From the NCBI GenBank assembly GCA_944372115.1, contig CALVYH010000002.1:104864-168863 (forward strand): a stretch of 64,000 nucleotides of DNA, read 5' to 3'. Below the pieces are notes generated by a model, which made no database searches, had not been told where the DNA came from, and was given only the letters and a program-made list of their open reading frames with translations. Shown here in pieces: positions 42,366 to 51,772 of the stretch. Numbering within the stretch: position 1 is the first letter of the stretch; each line of letters opens with the position of its first letter. A program made the position numbers and the translations under genes. The stretch comes from an uncultured Bacilli bacterium (lineage in GTDB: Bacteria > Bacillota_I > Bacilli_A > RFN20 > CAG-826).

Positions 42366-43292
42366 TCAACGAATTCTTTCTTTAATAATATCATCTTTTT
42401 CAATTTTTCCAATCAATAAAGATGAATTATCATCATGATTTTTATAATTTGTTAAAACTTCATTTTCATTATAATTAGCATAACAATATTTACATAAAGA
42501 TAAACAAGAATTATAAGATCCTATATCAACCATTTGAACACAGTTACATGTAAATTTATTATCTTTTCTAAATGTTTGCTTTTTTAATTTTATCTCTTTT
42601 TCATTCATATTTAATGTTTTTAAAACAAAATCTTTAGATACACATGCCCCTTTATTAAAACCATATTTTATTAAATCCTCTTTTTCACCACATGTGAAGA
42701 TATATATATTATAAAGATGAGCAATGCTAGAAAAATTTTCTCCAATTATTTTATAATCATTTTCATTAAAATCTATTAAATGAAGAAATTTATTATTTTT
42801 AATAGTATTTTTATAATAATCAACAAAAGAAATAACTATATTTTCGGTTGAATCTTTTATTAATGGAAGTAGTTTTTTAAAAGCTTTTATATGAAAAGAA
42901 GTTGTGTAACGATTATTTTTTAATATTGGATCATAACGAATAAAGATATTTTCCTTTCCATATTTTTTTGCTATAAGGTTTATATCTTCAATAATCATTT
43001 TTTTCTTTTTTGCGATTATTGGTTCAATATCTTCATTATAAGGTGTTAATGTTAAATGAAAAACAAAAGGTATATCGTTTAATTTATTTTTTATTTCATC
43101 TAAATATGGAAGAAGAGGGTGAATGTTTTTTGAACAAAAAACTATCATATCCACATTTTTAAAATATATTCTTGAAATAAGTTTAGGATTAAATGGATTT
43201 CTTGAATCGATAAAACCTTCTTTTACTCGATTAAAAAACCATTTTGGATAATAACTTGCAATATCGCTTCTCCCGCTGACAAATAGTATCAT
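42366..43292 (-). CDS. DUF1848-like protein with C-terminal cysteine cluster (possible Fe-S)
   Basis: The N-terminus MILFVSGRSDIASYYPKWFFNRVKEGFIDSRNPFNP resembles the DUF1848 N-terminal signature. A C-terminal cluster CNC...C..C..CKYC is present. Confidence 0.4.
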   Translation of the reverse strand: MILFVSGRSDIASYYPKWFFNRVKEGFIDSRNPFNPKLISRIYFKNVDMIVFCSKNIHPLLPYLDEIKNKLNDIPFVFHLTLTPYNEDIEPIIAKKKKMIIEDINLIAKKYGKENIFIRYDPILKNNRYTTSFHIKAFKKLLPLIKDSTENIVISFVDYYKNTIKNNKFLHLIDFNENDYKIIGENFSSIAHLYNIYIFTCGEKEDLIKYGFNKGACVSKDFVLKTLNMNEKEIKLKKQTFRKDNKFTCNCVQMVDIGSYNSCLSLCKYCYANYNENEVLTNYKNHDDNSSLLIGKIEKDDIIKERIR

Positions 43293-43344
43293 AAAAAAAT
43301 AACTTAGTTTCCTAAGTTATTTTATCATTTTTAAGAATTTTTAA

Positions 43345-43728
43345 TTATAATTCTTTAACCCATAAACCATGAAGATTGCAGAATTCGTAAACCTTTAATG
43401 GTTTTTCATTGTCAATAAAGAAATCTGCAACAGGTTTAGATGTATGAGCTAAATCAACACGATGTGTGGCTCTATCAGTTACTAAATAAACAAAAGCGAT
43501 ATGATGTTCTTCGCTCATTGGATGTTCAACACTTCCAACTTGAACGTGAACATGATTTCCTTCAACACTTACTACTGGAACATGTTTTTCATTTGCAGCG
43601 TCAATTGAATTTGGTACTAATTCGACCATTGGTTCGCCACAACACATAGTTTGGCATCCATGTGTGCCTGGTAAAAGTTCAACGACTTTGCCACATTTAT
43701 TGCATTTAAATAATTTTAAATCTGACAT
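43345..43728 (-). CDS. dfx: Desulfoferrodoxin (2Fe superoxide reductase)
   Basis: N-terminal desulforedoxin site CNKCGKVV...GTHGCQTMCCGEPM. The C-terminal SOR domain carries HVPVV...H...H..C..H ligands. Confidence 0.85.
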   Translation of the reverse strand: MSDLKLFKCNKCGKVVELLPGTHGCQTMCCGEPMVELVPNSIDAANEKHVPVVSVEGNHVHVQVGSVEHPMSEEHHIAFVYLVTDRATHRVDLAHTSKPVADFFIDNEKPLKVYEFCNLHGLWVKEL

Positions 43729-43899
43729 ATAATTCTCCTTTATTTTGAATTTAATTTAATTATAAATAATTAATTAAATAAATAAAGAGATATGCTTTTA
43801 AAAGATAAAAATTGTTACAAATTTTCTTAATAATATCATTATTAATAATACTTTATTAATGATATAATTTTTTTGTTCGAATAATTAGGAGAAAATACA

Positions 43900-45723
43900 A
43901 TGTATATTAAAAAATTAGTAACTAAAGATACTTATTATGTTGGTGGAAGTGACCGAAGATTGGCACTTTTTGAAAATATTTATCCTTTAACAAATGGTGT
44001 AAGTTATAACTCATATCTTATTATGGATGAAAAAACTTGCTTATTAGACACAGTTGATCCATCTGTTGAAAATGTTTTTTTTGAAAAAATAGAAGACGTT
44101 TTAAATGGAAAATCGCTTGATTATCTTATTATTAATCATATGGAACCTGACCATTCTAGCGAAATTTGTCGTGTTTTAGATAAATATCCAGAAGTAACAG
44201 TTGTAACAAGCGATAAAGCTTATACAATGTTTAAAAATTTTAATAATGGTCGAGAAATTAAAAATCTAATTTTAGTTAAAGAATTTGATACTCTTTCTTT
44301 AGGTTCTCATACTTTAACTTTTGTTATGGCTCCAATGGTTCACTGGCCAGAAGTCATGGTTACTTATGATGTAACAACAAAAACACTTTTTTCAGCAGAT
44401 GCTTTTGGTACTTTTGGTGCATTAAGCGGTAATTTATTTGCACACGAAATGAATTTTGACCATGATTATTTAGATGAAGCAAGAAGATATTATACTAATA
44501 TTGTTGGTAAATATGGTTCTCAAGTCCAAGCTATTTTAAAAAAGGCTGGAACAATTGAAATTGAAACTATATGTCCATTACACGGTCCAATTTGGAGAGA
44601 AAATTTACCTTATTTAATTAATTTTTATGATAAATGGTCAAGATATGAACCTGAAGTTCAAGGTGTTTTAATCGTTTATGGTTCAATTTATGGAAATAGT
44701 GAAAAAGTAGCTAATATGATTGCTGATGGTCTTGCAAATGAAGGCATTAGAGATATTCATATGTACGACGCTTCTAAAACAGATAAATCATATCTTGTTG
44801 CAGAGACTTTTAAATATTCGCATTTAGTTGTCGTTTCTTCAACATATAATATGGGAATTTTCACTCCAGTTGAAGAATTCTTATTAGATTTAAAATCTCA
44901 TAATATGCAAAATAGAACTGTTGCATTGGTTGAAAATGGTAGCTGGGCACCTAATTCACTTTCATTAATGAAGTGTATATTCTCTCAAATGAAAAACATG
45001 AACGTCTTAAATGATGTTTGTTTCACAATTAAATCAGCAATTAGAGAAGAACAAAAAGATAATGTCAATGCTTTAGTTCGTGAAATTGCTAAAGATTTCC
45101 CTAAAGCAACTCTTAATTCTAATCCATTATTCAATATTACTTATGGACTTTATGTTTTAACTTCAAATGATGGAAATCGCGATGATGGAATGATTTTAAA
45201 TACTATTAATCAAGTCGCTGAAAATCCAAATAAGATTATGTTCTGTGTTAATAAAAGAAATTATTCGGCAGAAGTTATTAAAAACACAAAAAAAGCCACT
45301 GTTTCAATTTTATCTACCAATACTCCTTTCTCAATTTTTAAAAATTTCGGTTTCCAATCAGGTAAAGACGTTGATAAATTTGCTAATATCTCATATACAA
45401 AACGAGATAAAAATGGGCTTTTGTATTTAACAAAATTTACAAATGCTTATATTTCATTAGATGTAAATGAAGTTATTGATTTAGGTTCACATTATGGATT
45501 TATTGCGACAATTGTAGAAACTAAACAATTAAGTAAAGAAAAATCGCTTTCTTATTCATATTATATGGATAATATAAAACCTAAACCTGCAAGAAGTGAA
45601 AAAAAGATTAATGGTTGGATTTGCAAAATTTGTGGATATATTTATGAAGGTGAAAATCTTCCTGCAGATTTTATCTGCCCATTATGCAAGCATGGCGCTG
45701 AAGATTTTGAAAGAATTAAATAA
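43900..45723 (+). CDS. Multidomain flavodiiron protein: FDP core (MBL plus flavodoxin), a flavin-reductase-like domain and a C-terminal rubredoxin
   Basis: Diiron motif NHMEPDHSSE (HxExDH) is present, with a flavodoxin-like middle. A flavin-reductase-like block LYVLTSNDGNRDDGMILNTINQV is present. Rubredoxin WICKICGYIYEG...CPLCK is present at the C-terminus. Confidence 0.85.
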   Translation: MYIKKLVTKDTYYVGGSDRRLALFENIYPLTNGVSYNSYLIMDEKTCLLDTVDPSVENVFFEKIEDVLNGKSLDYLIINHMEPDHSSEICRVLDKYPEVTVVTSDKAYTMFKNFNNGREIKNLILVKEFDTLSLGSHTLTFVMAPMVHWPEVMVTYDVTTKTLFSADAFGTFGALSGNLFAHEMNFDHDYLDEARRYYTNIVGKYGSQVQAILKKAGTIEIETICPLHGPIWRENLPYLINFYDKWSRYEPEVQGVLIVYGSIYGNSEKVANMIADGLANEGIRDIHMYDASKTDKSYLVAETFKYSHLVVVSSTYNMGIFTPVEEFLLDLKSHNMQNRTVALVENGSWAPNSLSLMKCIFSQMKNMNVLNDVCFTIKSAIREEQKDNVNALVREIAKDFPKATLNSNPLFNITYGLYVLTSNDGNRDDGMILNTINQVAENPNKIMFCVNKRNYSAEVIKNTKKATVSILSTNTPFSIFKNFGFQSGKDVDKFANISYTKRDKNGLLYLTKFTNAYISLDVNEVIDLGSHYGFIATIVETKQLSKEKSLSYSYYMDNIKPKPARSEKKINGWICKICGYIYEGENLPADFICPLCKHGAEDFERIK

Positions 45724-45740
45724 CGTTTTGGTAAAATTTT

Positions 45741-46082
45741 ATGGAAAAGAAAGAATTAGGATTTAACGAATATCAAAAGAATGCATATAATCTCATTTCC
45801 CCAGAAGGAAAAAAGGACATGATTACAAACGGTGTTTTAGGTCTTGCTGGGGAAGCTGGTGAATGTTGCGATATTGTTAAAAAATACAAATATCAAGGTC
45901 ACGAACTAGATAAAGATCATTTAAAAGATGAACTTGGTGATGTTTTATGGTACATCGCTGAAACAGCTAGTGGTCTTGGTATAAGTTTAGAAGAAGTTGC
46001 ACAATACAATTTAGATAAACTTCACAAAAGATATCATGGTGAAACATTCCATGCAAAAGATTCAATAAATAGGGATGAATAG
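45741..46082 (+). CDS. MazG-like nucleotide pyrophosphohydrolase (small, YpjD-like)
   Basis: EAGE...ELGDVLWY motif pair is present. 113 aa. Confidence 0.65.
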   Translation: MEKKELGFNEYQKNAYNLISPEGKKDMITNGVLGLAGEAGECCDIVKKYKYQGHELDKDHLKDELGDVLWYIAETASGLGISLEEVAQYNLDKLHKRYHGETFHAKDSINRDE

Positions 46083-46085
46083 TTA

Positions 46086-47537
46086 ATGAACAAAAAAATT
46101 TATGATGTAATTATTGTTGGCGGCGGCGTTATTGGTTGTTCAATTGCTCGCTATCTTTCACGTTATAAAGTAAATGGCTTATTAATTGAAAAACATTCTG
46201 ATGTTGGCGAAGAAACTTCATGTGCTAATAGTGCTATTGTTCATAGTGGATATGACCCACTCCCAAATACAAGGAAAGCTTATTTTAATGTTAAAGGAAA
46301 TAAAATGATGGAAGAAGTTTGCAAAGAACTTCATGTTCCTTTTATTAGAAACGGCTCTTTAACTATCGGCTTTAATGAAGAAGATAGAAAAACTATTGAA
46401 AATCTCTTTTCTAGAGCAAAAAGTAATGGCGTTGATGCTAGAATCGTTGAAAAAGAAGAACTTCATGAAATGGAACCTTCATTAAACGATGAATGTTTGT
46501 GCGCTCTTTATTGTAAAAATAGTGGAATTGTGTCTCCTTTTGAATTAACTATTGGTTTTATGGAAAACGCCATGGACAATGGTTTTGAATTAAACTTAAA
46601 TGAAAAGGTTGAGAAAATTATTAAAAATAATGAATTATTTGAAGTTATTACTAATAAAGGAGAATATCTAAGCAAAACATTAGTTAATGCGGCTGGACTA
46701 TATTCCGATGAAATTTTATCGAATTTAGAAAAACCAAGTTTTAAAATTAATGCTAGAAAAGGTGAATACATTCTTTTAGATCATTTTAATAATGATTGGT
46801 GCAAACACACATTGTTTATGTGTCCAACAAAAGTTGGAAAAGGAGTTTTGATTTCTCCAACCACATCTTTTAATTATATTATTGGGCCATCTAACGATTC
46901 TTCTTCAAAAGAAGATACATCAACAGATACATCAACAATGTCTATATTAAAAGAAACAGCAGCGAAATTAATAAAAAATATTCCTTATTCAGAAGTTATT
47001 AGAACTTTTGCTGGAGTAAGAGCAAATCCAGATAATGATGATTTCATTATTGAAGAAAGCAAGACGAATCCTGGCTTATTTAATGTTGCTGGAATTATGT
47101 CGCCTGGTTTAGCTTCATCTCCTGCAATTGGTGAATATGTTTCTGATTTAATTAAAGAAAAATTAAAACTTGAAAAAAATAATAATTATAAATCTAAAAG
47201 AAAAGAAGTTTTATCATTAAATTCATTAGGAATAGATAAATATAATGAATTAGTAAAAAAATGCCCTGCTTATGGCCATATGATTTGTCGCTGTGAAAAA
47301 GTAAGTGAAGGACAAATTATCGATGCGATTCATCGTAATTGCGGGGCAAAGACTGTTAAAGGTGTTAAAAAAAGACTTCGCGCTGGCTTTGGTAAATGCC
47401 AAGGAAGTTTCTGTGAAGAGGAAGTTTGTAAAATTTTAGCACGTGAATTAAATGTTCCATTATCCTCTATTCTATATAAAGATGAAGGAAGCGAAGTTTT
47501 CAAATACAAAAGCAAAGGTAATAATTATGATGAATAA
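46086..47537 (+). CDS. FAD-dependent glycerol-3-phosphate dehydrogenase/oxidase (GlpA-like) with C-terminal BFD-like [2Fe-2S] domain
   Basis: N-terminal motif YDVIIVGGGVIGCSIA. C-terminal cysteines CRCEKV...C...CQGSFC form a BFD-type cluster. The gene lies in a glpK neighbourhood. Confidence 0.7.
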   Translation: MNKKIYDVIIVGGGVIGCSIARYLSRYKVNGLLIEKHSDVGEETSCANSAIVHSGYDPLPNTRKAYFNVKGNKMMEEVCKELHVPFIRNGSLTIGFNEEDRKTIENLFSRAKSNGVDARIVEKEELHEMEPSLNDECLCALYCKNSGIVSPFELTIGFMENAMDNGFELNLNEKVEKIIKNNELFEVITNKGEYLSKTLVNAAGLYSDEILSNLEKPSFKINARKGEYILLDHFNNDWCKHTLFMCPTKVGKGVLISPTTSFNYIIGPSNDSSSKEDTSTDTSTMSILKETAAKLIKNIPYSEVIRTFAGVRANPDNDDFIIEESKTNPGLFNVAGIMSPGLASSPAIGEYVSDLIKEKLKLEKNNNYKSKRKEVLSLNSLGIDKYNELVKKCPAYGHMICRCEKVSEGQIIDAIHRNCGAKTVKGVKKRLRAGFGKCQGSFCEEEVCKILARELNVPLSSILYKDEGSEVFKYKSKGNNYDE

Positions 47538-48792
47538 TAAATTTTACGATATTGTTATAGTTGGGGGCGGAAGTGCTGGATTAAGCGCCGCTAAAAAAGC
47601 TTTTGAGGAAGGAATTACTTCGATTTTAATAATTGAAAGAAATAACGAACTTGGCGGTATTTTAAATCAATGTATTCATAATGGATTTGGTCTTCATAAA
47701 TTTAAAAAAGAATTAACTGGTCCTGAATATGCGTATGAATATATTAAATTTGTAAAAGATCATAAAATCGAATATCTATTGAACACGTTGGTTTTATCTA
47801 TTGATAAAAATAATAAAACTATTGTTTGTTCATCAAGTGAAAATGGTGTTACTTCCATAAATTATAAAACTTTAATTTTTTCTGCCGGATGTAATGAAAG
47901 AACTAGTGGGCAAATTATGACTCCTGGAGAAAGACCTAATGGGGTTTATACTGCTGGATTAGCCCAAAAACTTCTTAATATTGATGGATATTTAGTTGGC
48001 AAAAATGTTTATATTTTAGGAAGTGGCGATATTGGCCTAATTATGGCTAGAAGAATGAAACTTGAAGGAGCTAATGTAATAGGGGTTAGTGAACTTATGC
48101 CTTATTCCAATGGTTTAAATAGAAATATTGTCCAATGTTTGAATGATTACAATATTCCTTTAAGACTTCACAATACCGTTATTAAAATTCATGGAAAAAA
48201 TCAACTTGAAGGTATAACTATTTGTGATGTTGATGATTCTTTAAAGCCTATTAAAGGAAGAGAAGAATTTATTAAATGCGATACTCTTTTACTTTCGATT
48301 GGTCTTTATCCATTTAATTCAATGCTTAAAAATAGTGGAGCTAAGGTAAATAATGAAACAAAAGGTGCTTGGGTTGATCAAAATTTAGAAACTTCTTTAG
48401 ATTCGGTATTTTCTTGTGGAAATGTCCTTCATGTTCATGATTTAGTCGATTATGTATCTGATGAAGGTGAGATTGCGGGTAAAAACGCAGCTTCTTTAGT
48501 TAAAAATGGAAGGAAAAAATATTCTAAAATAATTTTAACTTTCCATAATGAAAATTTATCTTATTTATTGCCGAACGAAATAAAAGTTTATGATGATTTA
48601 AACGAAGTTAACTTTTCTTTTAGAGTGAAAAAACCTATTTCTAAAGGCGAAATATTATTTAAAGATGGTAATAATATTATTAAAAAAGTTATTAAAAATG
48701 ATTTGATTCCATCAGAAATGGTAAGAATTAAATTAAATGATATAGATTATAAAGTTGTTAATGACCTTAAAGTCGAGGTGAATGAGTTATAA
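47527..48792 (+). CDS. NAD(P)/FAD-dependent pyridine nucleotide-disulfide-type oxidoreductase (partner of the GlpA-like protein)
   Basis: N-terminal motif YDIVIVGGGSAGLSAA and a second Rossmann motif LGSGDIGL are present. The ATG at 47527 overlaps the upstream stop. Confidence 0.65.
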   Translation: MMNNKFYDIVIVGGGSAGLSAAKKAFEEGITSILIIERNNELGGILNQCIHNGFGLHKFKKELTGPEYAYEYIKFVKDHKIEYLLNTLVLSIDKNNKTIVCSSSENGVTSINYKTLIFSAGCNERTSGQIMTPGERPNGVYTAGLAQKLLNIDGYLVGKNVYILGSGDIGLIMARRMKLEGANVIGVSELMPYSNGLNRNIVQCLNDYNIPLRLHNTVIKIHGKNQLEGITICDVDDSLKPIKGREEFIKCDTLLLSIGLYPFNSMLKNSGAKVNNETKGAWVDQNLETSLDSVFSCGNVLHVHDLVDYVSDEGEIAGKNAASLVKNGRKKYSKIILTFHNENLSYLLPNEIKVYDDLNEVNFSFRVKKPISKGEILFKDGNNIIKKVIKNDLIPSEMVRIKLNDIDYKVVNDLKVEVNEL

Positions 48793-48793
48793 T

Positions 48794-49135
48794 ATGGTTC
48801 AAGAATTAATTTGTATAGTTTGTCCAAAAGGATGTCATATTAAAGTTGATGGTGAGAATATTAGTGGTTACACCTGTTTAAGAGGGCTTTCTTATGCAAA
48901 ACAAGAAAGCGTAAATCCTTTAAGAACTATAACTTCAACTGTTCTTATTGAGGGAGAAGATAATCTTGTTTGCCCTGTTAAAACTTCTCACGAAATACCG
49001 AAAAAAGAAATATTTAATGTCATGAAAGTAATTAATAAAATAAAAGCAAAAAGACCAATAAAAATGAATGAAGTTTTAATAAAAAATGTTTTGAATTTGG
49101 GAGTAGATATAATTTCAACAAAAGAGATTTTATAA
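48794..49135 (+). CDS. DUF1667 domain protein
   Basis: CIVCPKGCHIKV...C...CPV cysteine pattern is present. This is the third gene of the GlpA-like/oxidoreductase/DUF1667 trio seen in Firmicutes. Confidence 0.6.
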   Translation: MVQELICIVCPKGCHIKVDGENISGYTCLRGLSYAKQESVNPLRTITSTVLIEGEDNLVCPVKTSHEIPKKEIFNVMKVINKIKAKRPIKMNEVLIKNVLNLGVDIISTKEIL

Positions 49136-49136
49136 A

Positions 49137-50264
49137 ATGGCAACCGCAAAGAATTTTTTAAAAATGACTAAAAATGATTCCTTTAAAAAGACACCTTTTT
49201 GTGAGGCAGATTTTTTAGTTCTAACAGCACTTTCATATGCTGATTTTAAAAATTCGTTATATTATGATGAAAAAAGTATCAACGGCCTTGTTCCTTTAAA
49301 TGTTTTTGCAAAAAGCACAATTATTGACAAACTTAAGAAAAATTATTTAACAATTGGTAAAGACTATAATCAATTTTTAAATTTATTTTTTTCTTCTTCT
49401 AGATATAAAGATGTAAAAGTTGGATATTTTTGCGATAAATTTTCTTTAGAACATAATATGCAATTTTTTGCTTTGACTTTTTATGTAGATGATAAATATT
49501 TGATTGTTTTTAGAGGTACGGATAATACAATAATTGGCTGGAAAGAAGATTTTAACATGGCTTTAATGGAGAAAATTCCTGGTCAAAAAATGGCTAGGGA
49601 TTATGTTCGTAATTTATTAAAGAAAATTAAAGGAAAAATTTATATTTCGGGCCATTCTAAAGGTGGAAATTTAGCCTATTATTGTTATTTAAATTTAAAT
49701 AAACGTGAAAAAAATCGTGTACTATCTGTTTTTAATTATGATGGTCCAGGCTTTAAAAATGATGATTACGATTATAGTGATTTTGGAAGTAAAATGTTTA
49801 AATTTGTTCCAGAAGATGATGTTTTTGGAATGATTTTTGATACTTCTAATAAATGGGAGATAGTTGCATCAACCAGAATAAATATGGCTGCCCATGATTT
49901 ATTAACATGGAAGTTAGATAGAAAAAGCAAATATACAAAATTACAAAGATTAAAATCGCTTACTATTTATTCAAATTGTTTTAATCAAACTTTTAATGAC
50001 TGGTATTATAAAAGCGATCCTAAAGATGCTGAGGCATTAATAAAATTCGTTTTTAAATTAGTTGAGACGAATAATATTTCAACTTTAGGTGGATTATTTA
50101 AAGATATTCTTTTTGCCGGAGATGAATATTATCGAGAGATTGCAAATTATGACGAAAATAGTAAAAAAAGAATTAAATCTATGTTAAGAGACCTTCTGAA
50201 ATTATATTTAAGTAATTTGTTAAAAGACAAACGTGAACTGAAAAGTAATGAAAGAAAGGAATAA
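49137..50264 (+). CDS. DUF2974/Mbeg1-like alpha/beta-hydrolase (lipase class 3-like)
   Basis: Nucleophile elbow ISGHSKGGNLAYY (GxSxG) is present. 375 aa. Confidence 0.5.
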   Translation: MATAKNFLKMTKNDSFKKTPFCEADFLVLTALSYADFKNSLYYDEKSINGLVPLNVFAKSTIIDKLKKNYLTIGKDYNQFLNLFFSSSRYKDVKVGYFCDKFSLEHNMQFFALTFYVDDKYLIVFRGTDNTIIGWKEDFNMALMEKIPGQKMARDYVRNLLKKIKGKIYISGHSKGGNLAYYCYLNLNKREKNRVLSVFNYDGPGFKNDDYDYSDFGSKMFKFVPEDDVFGMIFDTSNKWEIVASTRINMAAHDLLTWKLDRKSKYTKLQRLKSLTIYSNCFNQTFNDWYYKSDPKDAEALIKFVFKLVETNNISTLGGLFKDILFAGDEYYREIANYDENSKKRIKSMLRDLLKLYLSNLLKDKRELKSNERKE

Positions 50265-50269
50265 TTCTT

Positions 50270-51745
50270 ATGAATAAATATGTTTTAACAATTGATCAAG
50301 GAACAACATCAACAAGAGCTTCTTTAATTGATAAAGATGGAAATGTTTTTTATAAAGCTCAACAAGAAATAAAATGTTTTTTTCCATATGATGGATGGGT
50401 AGAACAAGATGCTATTGATGTTTGGCTTTCTGTTTTGAATGTAATTAATGATTTACTTGCAAAAACGAATCTTACCTATAAAAATATAGATTCAATTGGA
50501 TTAACAAATCAAAGGGAAACCACAATAATCTGGGATAAAAAAACTGGAGTGCCTGTATATAATGCTTTAGTTTGGCAATCACGCCAAAGTGCTTACATTT
50601 GTGATAATTTGATTGATAAAACCTCTTTTGTAAGAGAAAGGACAGGGTTAATAATTAATCCATATTTCAGCGCTTCAAAAATTAGATTTATTCTAGATCA
50701 TATTGAAAACGGTCAAAAACGAGCTGAAGATGGTGAATTGATGTTTGGAACAATCGATACGTGGATAATGTATAAATTATCTAATGGTAAAATTTTTAAA
50801 ACAGATATTACAAATGCTTCTAGAACAATGCTTTTTAATATCAACACGTTAAAATGGGATGATGATTTATTAAAATTATTTAATATTCCAAAATGCATGT
50901 TGCCTGAAGTTTGCCCTTCTTCTTATAATTTTGGTTATGCTTCATTGTTAAAAAAGAATTTGAAAATTTGTGGCGTCGCCGGGGATCAACAAGCTGCGTT
51001 ATTCGGACAAAACTGTATTAAAGAAGGAGATGTTAAATCTACTTATGGCACTGGTTGTTTCGTTTTAATGAACATAGGAGATAAACCTATATTTGATCAA
51101 GGAGGATTAATTACAACAATCGCTTGGCAAATTGGAAATGAAGTTACTTATGCAATTGAAGGCTCTGTTTTTGTTGGAGGAGCGGCAATTCAATGGCTTA
51201 GAGATCAGATGAGAATGTTTAAAAAAGCTTCAGATAGTGAAAAATATGCTAGAAATTGTGAGAATTCACTTGGCGTTTATGTCGTTCCTGCATTTGTTGG
51301 TCTTGGAGCCCCTTATTGGGATGATGATTGTCGAGGAGCTGTGTTCGGTTTAACAAGGGCAACAACAAAAGAGCACTTTATTAGAGCAACACTCAATTCA
51401 ATTGCTCTCCAAACCAAAGATGTAATCAAAGAAATGGAAAGAATTTCTAATAAAAAGATTGAAAGTTTAAGAGTGGACGGAGGCGCAAGTGAAAATTCAT
51501 ATTTAATGCAATATCAATCTGATATTTTATCTTCAAAAGTAATATTACCAAAAAATTTGGAAACGACATCTTTAGGTGCTGCTTATTTAGCAGGTTTAGC
51601 ATCTGGATATTGGAAGGATGTCAATGAAATATCTAAAGTTCATAAAATTTCAAAAATTTATAATCCAAAAATGAGTAATGAAGAAATTATTGAAATTGAT
51701 AATAAATGGAAAAAAGCTGTTGCTGCAACTAGACTTTTTAAATAA
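50270..51745 (+). CDS. glpK: Glycerol kinase
   Basis: Motif IDQGTTSTRASLID and the FGGY fold are present. 491 aa. Confidence 0.95.
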   Translation: MNKYVLTIDQGTTSTRASLIDKDGNVFYKAQQEIKCFFPYDGWVEQDAIDVWLSVLNVINDLLAKTNLTYKNIDSIGLTNQRETTIIWDKKTGVPVYNALVWQSRQSAYICDNLIDKTSFVRERTGLIINPYFSASKIRFILDHIENGQKRAEDGELMFGTIDTWIMYKLSNGKIFKTDITNASRTMLFNINTLKWDDDLLKLFNIPKCMLPEVCPSSYNFGYASLLKKNLKICGVAGDQQAALFGQNCIKEGDVKSTYGTGCFVLMNIGDKPIFDQGGLITTIAWQIGNEVTYAIEGSVFVGGAAIQWLRDQMRMFKKASDSEKYARNCENSLGVYVVPAFVGLGAPYWDDDCRGAVFGLTRATTKEHFIRATLNSIALQTKDVIKEMERISNKKIESLRVDGGASENSYLMQYQSDILSSKVILPKNLETTSLGAAYLAGLASGYWKDVNEISKVHKISKIYNPKMSNEEIIEIDNKWKKAVAATRLFK

Positions 51746-51772
51746 AAAATATTTTATGAAAGATTATAATTT

